A DNA stretch of 64,000 nucleotides from an uncultured Thermus sp. (lineage in GTDB: Bacteria; Deinococcota; Deinococci; Deinococcales; Thermaceae), in assembly GCA_947085095.1 (NCBI GenBank), contig CAMTVD010000014.1:211939-275938 (forward strand), given 5' to 3'. Positions within the stretch are counted from its first letter, which is position 1. Each line of letters begins with the position of its first letter. The position numbers and the translations under genes were made by a program. The notes beneath the pieces were generated by a model that worked only from the letters and a program-made list of their open reading frames with translations, was not told the DNA's origin and ran no database searches. Shown here in pieces: positions 19,377-32,809 of this stretch.

Positions 19377-20383
19377 CTGAGCCTCCAGGCGAGGTAGAGG
19401 GCGAAAAGGCCGTAGAGGGCGTTGGGCAGGTGGGCCCAAAAGGGGCTCACGTCGTAGCGGGCCAGCTGGGCTGAGAGGGTCCAGAGGACGTAGTAGCCGA
19501 AGATGAGGAGGACCACCCCCAAAAAGGCCCAGGCGGCCTCCCTTAAGGAGAGGCCCAGAGCGGCGGCGGCGAAGCCCAGGAAGAAGCCCCCAAAGGCGTC
19601 CGCCAGGCGGCGGTGGAGGGCGAAGCGGGCCCCTCCTTCCACCCGGGCCCGCTGCCAGAGCTCCGCCAGGGTGCTGGAGTCGTAGGGGTCCCGGGAGCCC
19701 AGGCTCTCCTTGGGGCGGAAGAGGGTGGGAAAGGGGAGGATGCCCTGGAAGGGCTTGAGCTTGCCCTCCTCCAGCACGTACCCCAGGAACTGCCAGCCCT
19801 CCCGGTCCCAGACCCCCTCCTTGGCGCTATAGACCCGCCCCTCTTCGTCCACCACCCGCAGAGCAAAGAGGCGGTTCTGCCCCACCTCGGGGTGCACCTC
19901 CTCGGCGTAGTAGACCCCTTGGCCTTCCAGGGCGTAGACCTGTTGCCTCAGGACGCCGCTTGGGCTGCCCTCCCCGTAGAGGAGGCGGCCCAGGGCCTGG
20001 TCGTAGGCCTCGAGGGCCCTGGGCCTCACCTCGGCCAGGTTGTAGAGGTTCGCCAGGGCCACCAGGAGGGAGAGGAGGAGGAGGGGCTTCAGGAGGGCCA
20101 GGGGAGGCACCCCGGCGGCGTAGGCCGCTTTGAGTTCCGAGTGGCGGATGAGGCGGGAAAGCCCCACCAGGATGGCGAAGACCAGGCCCAAAGGCAGGGC
20201 CAGGCTCAGGGTCCAGGGGAGGCGGTAGAGGATGAGGAGGGCGATCTCCCCCGCCCCCGCCCCCCGGCTCAGGAGGACCCCGGAGAGGCTGGAGAGGAGG
20301 TCAAAGGTGAGGAGGGCTACGAAGAGGAAGACCCCCACCGCGTAAGGGACGAGGACCTCCTTGAGAACGTAGCGCTCCAGCAC
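19373..20383 (-). CDS. LptF/LptG-family permease
   Basis: LERYVLKE, SRL.RHSELKAAYAAGV, WAHLPN. Confidence 0.88.
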   Translation of the reverse strand: MLERYVLKEVLVPYAVGVFLFVALLTFDLLSSLSGVLLSRGAGAGEIALLILYRLPWTLSLALPLGLVFAILVGLSRLIRHSELKAAYAAGVPPLALLKPLLLLSLLVALANLYNLAEVRPRALEAYDQALGRLLYGEGSPSGVLRQQVYALEGQGVYYAEEVHPEVGQNRLFALRVVDEEGRVYSAKEGVWDREGWQFLGYVLEEGKLKPFQGILPFPTLFRPKESLGSRDPYDSSTLAELWQRARVEGGARFALHRRLADAFGGFFLGFAAAALGLSLREAAWAFLGVVLLIFGYYVLWTLSAQLARYDVSPFWAHLPNALYGLFALYLAWRLR

Positions 20384-20419
20384 GGGGGCAGTATACGGGA
20401 AGGGGATGAGAAACGGCTT

Positions 20420-20833
20420 TTAGGGGTGGGCGATCACGTGGATCACCGGCAGGCCCAAGCGCTCCGCTCGGGTGTGCACGTCCAGCCTGAGCCAGCGGGA
20501 AAGCCCCGGGGGCAGGGTGGCGAGGACGATGGCCTGGTAGGCCCCGGGGTGGGCCAGAAGCTCCTCCTCTAGGGCAAGAAGGGGGGAGATGTCCCCCGCC
20601 TTGGCCTCGGCGATGGGGATGCCCTGGGCCTCGAGGGCCGCCTTGGCCGCCTCGGCCTCCTCCTCTGCCCGCCTCCTCACCTCGTTCTCTTCATAGACCC
20701 ACCCGGGCGGGGGTACGGCGGGCACCAGGAGGACGAAGCGGGCCTCGGGGTCATTCTCCAGGATGGCCTTCAACTTGGCCGCAAGCTCGGGGCTCTTGGC
20801 TGTGCGGTGGGCCACCACCAGGTACTGGGCCAT
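20420..20833 (-). CDS. Universal-stress-protein-like (USP fold) protein
   Basis: YLVVA, GD.SP..A..E, IVLAT.P...SRWLR.D, LPVIHV; AAGGAGG RBS. Confidence 0.7.
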   Translation of the reverse strand: MAQYLVVAHRTAKSPELAAKLKAILENDPEARFVLLVPAVPPPGWVYEENEVRRRAEEEAEAAKAALEAQGIPIAEAKAGDISPLLALEEELLAHPGAYQAIVLATLPPGLSRWLRLDVHTRAERLGLPVIHVIAHP

Positions 20834-20991
20834 GGGGCACCTCCTTGTCCTCTTTCTTCAAGATGGCTCTTCCCTCTTTCCCGGGAGGGGCAGGAAGACA
20901 CATTTGCCCTCAGAGTTTTTTGTATTGGGTTTTGTTAGTTTCCTTTAACCCCGCAAACCCACCCTTGGGGAGGGCTTTGCTTGCATACCAC

Positions 20992-21019
20992 TTTACATAC
21001 CGGCAACCCGTGGTATACT
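20992..21019 (+). promoter_or_regulatory. Sigma70-type promoter with no downstream ORF
   Basis: TTTACA(20992)-16 nt-TATACT(21014) with extended TG and an AT-rich upstream tract. Confidence 0.6.
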
Positions 21020-21042
21020 GAGGAAGTCAGAGGGAGAAAGAA

Positions 21043-21070
21043 GCCGCCTGTGGGCGGCCGGTTTTGTTTT
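21043..21070. terminator. Probable bidirectional intrinsic terminator
   Basis: GCCGCC-TGTG-GGCGGC hairpin followed by TTTTGTTTT on + and TTCTTT on -. Confidence 0.6.
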
Positions 21071-22103
21071 AGGGCACCAGGGCCACCTTGGTGGCCTGCC
21101 GCTCATGGAAGAGGCGGTACCCCGTCGCCGCCTCCTCCAGGGGCAGGCGGTGGCTGAAGACAAAGCTTCCTCTGAGCCTTCCTACCCGCTGGAGGGCAAG
21201 CACCTCGGTGATGAAGCGGGGGATGTTGGCCAGGGCGCTTCTCAGGGTAATCCCCCGGCTGAAGGCGGCTAGCCAAGGGTAGTCCAGCCTTTCCGCCGTG
21301 GGCACCCCCAGGCTGGAGACCACCCCGCCCGGGGCCGCCAGCTTCAGGGCGGTCTTCAGGGCCTCCCCATCCCCGCCCACCGCCTCCACCACCAGCTCCG
21401 CCCCCAGGCCTTCCGTGGCCTGGCGCACCCGCCCCACCGCATCCTCCGCTTTGGGGTTGATGGGGAGGCTTCCCAGCTCCCGGGCCTTCTCCAGGCGGGA
21501 GGCTTCCGGGTCTATGGCGAAGACCGGGCCCGCCCCCAGGGCGTGGGCCACCATCTGGGCGAGAAGGCCCACGGGCCCTGAGCCCACCACGGCCACGCTC
21601 ATCCCCGGGGCCAGGAAGGGCCTAACCCCCCCGTAGGCGGTGGTGAGGATGTCCCCCGCCAAAATGGCCTCCTCGGCGGGCAGGTCCCCGATGGGGAAGA
21701 GGCTATGGCGGGCGAAGGGGACCCGCACCCGCTCCGCCTGGGCCCCCTGGAGGTTGCCCAGGGCCAGGCCGAAGCCGTAGACCCCGCCCCTCAAGCAGGC
21801 GAAGTACTGTTCCTTGCGGCAGGCGGGGCAGTCCCCGCAGGCCACCTGGAAGCTCCCCACCACCCGCTCCCCCAGGGCGAAGGGGACCAGGGGGCCCTTG
21901 GCCACGATCCGCCCCACGAACTCGTGGCCCAGGATGGTTCCGGGAAGCACCCCGGCGATCTTGCCGTGGTAGATGTGGAGGTCCGAGCCGCAGATGGCGG
22001 CGAGCTCCACCTCGAGGATGGCGTCCGTGTCCGCCTCCAGCCGGGGTTCCGGGACTTCCTCCACGGCCACCTGGAAGGGGCCGTGGTAGACCACCGCCTT
22101 CAC
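21069..22103 (-). CDS. Zn-dependent alcohol/aldehyde dehydrogenase (MDR family)
   Basis: ICGSDLH, GHEFVG, CxxCxxC, DILTTAY, GSGPVG. Confidence 0.92.
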   Translation of the reverse strand: MKAVVYHGPFQVAVEEVPEPRLEADTDAILEVELAAICGSDLHIYHGKIAGVLPGTILGHEFVGRIVAKGPLVPFALGERVVGSFQVACGDCPACRKEQYFACLRGGVYGFGLALGNLQGAQAERVRVPFARHSLFPIGDLPAEEAILAGDILTTAYGGVRPFLAPGMSVAVVGSGPVGLLAQMVAHALGAGPVFAIDPEASRLEKARELGSLPINPKAEDAVGRVRQATEGLGAELVVEAVGGDGEALKTALKLAAPGGVVSSLGVPTAERLDYPWLAAFSRGITLRSALANIPRFITEVLALQRVGRLRGSFVFSHRLPLEEAATGYRLFHERQATKVALVP

Positions 22104-22492
22104 GCCACCTCCCGCGCCACCTTGACCAGCTCCTGGGCCGCCTGGGCGTAGGGGGCCAGGGCGGCGATGGTGCCCCTTTTCAGCTCCAAAAGGCCCCGCA
22201 TCAGGGCGGTGAGGGGCTCCAGGCGGCCCTCCAGGACCTCCTGCCAGGTGGCGAGGTCCGCCTCAATGACGAAGTCGGCCTCGGCCTCCCCCTCCACCAC
22301 CCTCACCCCGCGGCAGGCCCCGTGCCAGAGGTCCAGGACCACGGCCGCCCCCTGGGGGAACCCCGCCTTTGGGTCGGGGCGCAAGGCCAGGGCCAAGGAG
22401 CCCTCCCAGGTGCTGGCCGCCTTCTTGTAGGCCTCGCTCTCGTTCAGCTTCTGGCAGTACGCCTGGGCCCACGCCTCCCCAAACAGCTGCAT
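22100..22492 (-). CDS. SCP2 sterol/lipid carrier domain protein
   Basis: ADFVIEAD...W..VL.G.L.P..ALMRG.L SCP2 pattern; coupled to the ADH gene. Confidence 0.8.
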   Translation of the reverse strand: MQLFGEAWAQAYCQKLNESEAYKKAASTWEGSLALALRPDPKAGFPQGAAVVLDLWHGACRGVRVVEGEAEADFVIEADLATWQEVLEGRLEPLTALMRGLLELKRGTIAALAPYAQAAQELVKVAREVA

Positions 22493-22541
22493 GGCTGCCT
22501 CCTTTGCACCGAGTATAAACCGCTTCGGGTAAGCTTGGGAA

Positions 22542-22970
22542 GTGGCCTATCTCCTAGACCTCTCCGGGGTCTACTGCGAGCCCGTGGAGCCCCGCCTCCT
22601 CCACCTCCTGGCCGAGCAAAGTGGGGAGCCCGTCTTTTACTTGTCCCAGGCCTTTTACGATCTCCTCCCCCGCCTGAAGGCGGAGGGGCCTTGGGTCCTG
22701 GAGGCTCTCTTCCCCGGGGCCTCCCGCCTCTACCCTAGGGCTTTTCAGAGGAGGCCCATGGCCTTCCCCGAGCCCTTTCACCTGGTGGCGGACCTCCCAC
22801 CCCCGGAGGGGCTTAGGGCCTTCTACCACCCCGAGAAGCTCACCGCCATCCGCCTGGCCCTAAAGGCCCTGGGCTTGCCCCCGGAGGAGGCCACCTACCT
22901 GGACGACAACCCCCTCTGGGTGGCCAAAGCCAGGGAGCTTGGAGTGAGGGCGGAGGTCTTCCTGCCCTAG
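22542..22970 (+). CDS. HAD-like small protein
   Basis: LLDLSGV N-terminus and PEEATYLDDN..V..ARELG C-terminus; TAAGCT 6 nt before GTG. Confidence 0.6.
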   Translation: MAYLLDLSGVYCEPVEPRLLHLLAEQSGEPVFYLSQAFYDLLPRLKAEGPWVLEALFPGASRLYPRAFQRRPMAFPEPFHLVADLPPPEGLRAFYHPEKLTAIRLALKALGLPPEEATYLDDNPLWVAKARELGVRAEVFLP

Positions 22971-25254
22971 GGCTTCTCCGGCCAGGGGTGCTTGGGGTAG
23001 CGGCGCATCAGCTCCTTGCGCACCTCGGGGTAGCGCTTTGCCCAAAAGCTTTTCAGGTCCTGGGTCACCTGCACCGGCCGCCCGGCGGGGGAGAGGAGCG
23101 CCACCGCCACGGGGACGCGGCCCTCCAGGACCCTTGGGGTTTCCTTTAGGCCGAAGGCCTCCTGGATGCGGAGGGAGAGGAGGGGTGGGGCGTCCTCCCG
23201 GTAGAGGAGGCGCTTCCTCTTCCCGCTGGGGAGGGCCACGGTTTCCGGGGCGAGCCTTTCCAAAAGGGCCCGCTTCTCCCCCAGGAGGCCCAGGAGGACC
23301 TCCTTCCAGGGAAGGGCCTTCAGGTCCTCCAGGCGGCGCACCCCCTCCGTCCAGGGCAGAAGCCAGGAGGGGTCCTCGAGGAGAGCCCCCTCGGCGAGCT
23401 CGGGCACCTCCACCCCCTGGGACCTCAGGAAGCGGAGGCGGATAAGCACCTGCCTGGCCTCCTCGGGAAGGGGGAGGCCTCCCTTCAGGGCCTCCTTGAG
23501 GTGGGCCGCCGTGGGGGGTCCAGGGTCCACGGGGAGGCGTTCCAGGACCAGGGCCCCCAGGCGCCTTTCCAGGTAGCCCCTAAGCCTTCCCTCCTCCCAC
23601 CCCGTCCACAGGGCCACCTCTGCCCGCTTCAGGAGGTCTTCCCGGGAAAGGGGGGCGAAGAGGAGGACCCGCCCCTCCCTTTCCCCAAGCTCCGCCCCCA
23701 CGGCCACCAGGTAGGGGGGCCCCTCCTCCAGGCGCAGGGCGGGGCCGGTGGCCAGGCGGTACCGCCCCGGGGAAAGGCGCTCCGCCGCCCGGTCGGGGTA
23801 GGCGGCGAGGAGGAGCCCGCCCACCGCCTCGGGGTGGGGGAGGGTCCTAAGGGGCCCCACGCCGAACCGTCCCCGCCAGAGGGCGCTGGTCTTCTCCACC
23901 TGGGTGAAACCCCCCGGTCCCCCCTTGCGGGCCAGGAGGAGTTCCTCCAGCTGGACCATGAGGTCCTTCTCCCCTTCCCAGGGGTTCCGCTCCTCCAAAA
24001 GGGCCATGAGGTCGGCGGCCAAAGGGAGGAGCCCTTCCCGTTCCGCCTCCAGGGCCAGCCGGGCCAGGCGGGGGTGGGTGGGGAGGGTGAGCATCCGCCT
24101 TCCCAAAGGGGTGAGGGCTTCCCCCTCCACCGCCCCCAGGAGGCGGAGGAGGTTCCAGGCGGCCTCCAGGGCCCCCTTGGGGGGCTTGGTGGGCAGGGGC
24201 AGCTCCTCCAGCCTCTCCCCGAAGGCCAGGGCCAGAAGCAGGGCCCGGGAGAGGTCGGCCTCCAGGACCTCCGGCCGCTTGGGGGGAAAGGGGCCTTCAG
24301 GGTAGAGGCGGAAGACCCGCCCCGGCCCGGTGCGCCCAGCCCGCCCCGCCCGCTGCCGGGCGGACTCCTCGGGGATCCGGACCAGGGCCAGGCGGGTGAG
24401 GCCGGTCCTGGGGTCAAAGCGGGGCTTCTTGGCCAGGCCCGTGTCCACCACCGCCCGCACCTGGGGCAGGGTGAGGCTGGTCTCGGCCACGTCCGTGGCC
24501 AGGACGATCCTCCTGGGGCCCGGTTTGAGGAGGGCGGCCTGGGCCTCCAGGGGAAGCCCCCCGTGGAGGGGAAAGGCGGGAAGGTCCTGGAGGAGCCTCC
24601 GGGTGCGCTCAATCTCCGCCTTGCCCGGCAGGAAGACCAGGACGTCCCCCTCCCCCTCCAAAAAGGCCTTGCGGGCGTAGCGGGCGGCCAGGGGCTCCAG
24701 AGGTCCCTCGGGGGGCCTTTCCAGGTGGAAGACCTCCACGGGATGGCCTTCCCCCTCCAGGGCCAGCACCTCCCCTCCCAGGGCCCTTTCCAGGTCCTCG
24801 TCGGGGGTGGCGGTGAGGAGGGCCAGCTTGAGGTCGGGGCGGAGGGTCTCCTGAACCTTAAGGAGGAGGGCCAGGGCCAGGTCCCCTTCCAGGTGCCGCT
24901 CGTGGGCCTCGTCCAGGAGGACGGCGGAGACCCCTTCCAAGGTGGGGTCCTCCAGGAGGAGGCGGAGGAGGAGGCCCTCGGTCATCACCAGGAGGCGGGT
25001 TTCCCGGCTCTCCCGACCCTCCAGGCGCACCCGGTAGCCCACGGTCCTCCCCAAAGGCTCCCCCAGGTTCTCCGCCAGCCTCGCCGCCACCGCCCGGGCC
25101 GCCACCCGCCTGGGCTCAAAGAGGAGGACCTTCCCCGGTAAGGCGGAGAGGAGCCTCAGGGGAAAGAGGGTGCTCTTCCCCGCCCCGGGGTAGGCCTTGA
25201 GGAGGAGGCGGCCCTCCTTCTTTAGGAGGGCCACCGCCCGGTCCATCCAGTCCA

Positions 25255-25255
<1 letters not shown>
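22967..25255 (-). CDS. hrpB: ATP-dependent RNA helicase HrpB
   Basis: PGAGKST, EPRRVAARA, DEAHER, ATDVAETSLT, QRAGRAGR; C-terminal LLSPAGRPVQVT...RYPKHPWP. Confidence 0.95.
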
Positions 25256-30992
<5,737 letters not shown>

Positions 30993-31019
30993 CGAAGGTG
31001 TGTTGGCGCGAAGGCTATC

Positions 31020-32714
31020 ATGGCTTCTATGACGGAAGCGGAGCTCTTGGCCCTGATTAAGGAGGGAGAGTCCCTCCGCCTCGAGTTCAAGCGCGACGCT
31101 CCCCTCTCCGAGGCCGACCTCGTTGAGGCGGTGGCCTGCTTGGCCAACACCGAGGGAGGATGGCTGCTCCTGGGGGTGGAGGACGGTGGCTCCATCAGCG
31201 GCCTGCACGCCAGCCGCCAATCTGTTGATCCGGCACAAATCCAGGCGCTGATCACCAACAGGACCTACCCCAGCGTTCCGGTGGAAATCCATGTGGTGCC
31301 AACCTCCAAGGGGACCGTCCTCGCCGTAAAAGTGCCCAAAGTTAACGAGCTGGTGGGCCTCAGCGATGGGCGGGTGCCCAGGCGCTACATCGCCGGCCGA
31401 GGCAGGCCTGAATGCAGGTTTTTGCAACTGCACGAGATCGCTTCTCGCTTGGCCGAGATTCGGCAACAGGACTACACGGCCCAGGTTTTTCCCGACGCGA
31501 GTTGGGAGGATTTGGATCCATTAGAGTTTGAGCGTTTGCGGCAGGCTATTCAGCGCAATCCTTCCGCAGACAAAGAGTTGCTTGGCCTTCCTGACGCGGA
31601 GCTGGCCCAGGCCCTGGGCTTGGCGAGGACCTACGAAGGGCGCTTGGCGCCTACGGTGGGGGGTTTGCTGGTTCTGGGGCGGGAGGAGGCTATCCGGCGT
31701 TTGGTACCCACCCACGAGGCGGCTTTCCAGGTGCTGCGAGAGGACCGGAGCGTGGCCTTCAACGAGTTTTACCGGGAACCGCTGCTCAGGCTTTTTGAGC
31801 GCATGGAGCAGCTTTTTAAGGCCCAAAATCCTGAGGAGGAGGTGACCGTTGGGCTGTACCGTGTTCCCATTCCCCTCTTCCCACCAGAGGCCTTTCGGGA
31901 AGCCCTCGCCAACGCCCTGGTGCACCGGGATTACCGGGTTTTGGGGACGGTGTTCGTGAGGATAGATCCGGAGGCTGGGGGTCTGGTGATCAGCAACCCC
32001 GGGGGGTTTGTGGAGGGGGTGACTCTGGAGAACCTCTTGGTGGTGGAGCCTCGTCCCCGCAACCCCCTTCTGGCCGATGTTTTCAAACGCCTGGGCCTGG
32101 TGGAGCGCACGGGGCGGGGTATAGACAGGATCTTCCGGGAGGTCTTGGGGCTTGGGAGGCGGCCGCCGGATTACTCGGGTACCACGCAGGACATGGTGAA
32201 GGTTGTTCTTCCTGGCGGGAAGGCTGACCTGAACTTTGTGAGGCTTATCCTCGAGGTCCAAGACCGCTACGGCAGGCAGCTGGGCTGGCCCCATCTCTTA
32301 GTGTTGCGCCAGGCGGCCGATGAGGGCGAGCTGAGCGTGCCCGAGGTGGCGCGCCTCACTCAGCAGGGAGAGGCGCGGGCCCGGAGTTTGGTGGAAGAGA
32401 TGGTGGAGATGGGGCTTCTCGAGGCCAAAGGGTCCAAGAAGGGACGGGTGTACCATCTGAGCGCCTGGGTCTTCAAGCGGCTGGGGCGGCCCACGGCCTA
32501 TGTTCACAGGCGAGGGATAGAGCAGGTTCGCCAGGAGGAGTTGATTATGCAAATAGCCTACAAATACGGAAAGGTAACCCGGGGGGATGTCCTGCAGCTT
32601 TTCCCCAATCTGACCGAGGACCAGGCTTTCCGTTTGCTTCAAAGGCTGGTTCAGTCCGGTCGGTTGCGTCCAAAGGGAAGCAAAAGGGGGCGTTACTATG
32701 AGCCAGCGGAGTAG
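31020..32714 (+). CDS. AlbA_2 (Schlafen-like) + HATPase_c_4-like + winged-HTH protein
   Basis: GESLRLEFK...LANTEGG.LLLGVEDGG; REALANALVHRDY...SNPGG...RNPLLAD...VER.GRGI; two C-terminal wHTH-like units ending G.K.GR.Y. Confidence 0.85.
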   Translation: MASMTEAELLALIKEGESLRLEFKRDAPLSEADLVEAVACLANTEGGWLLLGVEDGGSISGLHASRQSVDPAQIQALITNRTYPSVPVEIHVVPTSKGTVLAVKVPKVNELVGLSDGRVPRRYIAGRGRPECRFLQLHEIASRLAEIRQQDYTAQVFPDASWEDLDPLEFERLRQAIQRNPSADKELLGLPDAELAQALGLARTYEGRLAPTVGGLLVLGREEAIRRLVPTHEAAFQVLREDRSVAFNEFYREPLLRLFERMEQLFKAQNPEEEVTVGLYRVPIPLFPPEAFREALANALVHRDYRVLGTVFVRIDPEAGGLVISNPGGFVEGVTLENLLVVEPRPRNPLLADVFKRLGLVERTGRGIDRIFREVLGLGRRPPDYSGTTQDMVKVVLPGGKADLNFVRLILEVQDRYGRQLGWPHLLVLRQAADEGELSVPEVARLTQQGEARARSLVEEMVEMGLLEAKGSKKGRVYHLSAWVFKRLGRPTAYVHRRGIEQVRQEELIMQIAYKYGKVTRGDVLQLFPNLTEDQAFRLLQRLVQSGRLRPKGSKRGRYYEPAE

Positions 32715-32719
32715 CCCGA

Positions 32720-32799
32720 AACCCCGGTTAACCACGGATAACCGCAACTGCCGTTATTTTCGAGGAGATATAACCGCGTCCGCGGTTATTTGCGGATAA
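32720..32799. promoter_or_regulatory. Array of ATAACCGC-type inverted repeats (operator-like)
   Basis: ATAACCGCA-AC-TGCCGTTAT (32738-32757) and perfect ATAACCGCG-TC-CGCGGTTAT (32770-32789), plus degenerate half-sites. Confidence 0.6.
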
Positions 32800-32809
32800 A
32801 GGAGGACCC

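Noticed and set aside
32715..32809. Possible mini-CRISPR array
   Set aside because: Repeats are short inverted half-sites without unique 30-40 nt spacers, and there are no cas genes in the window.
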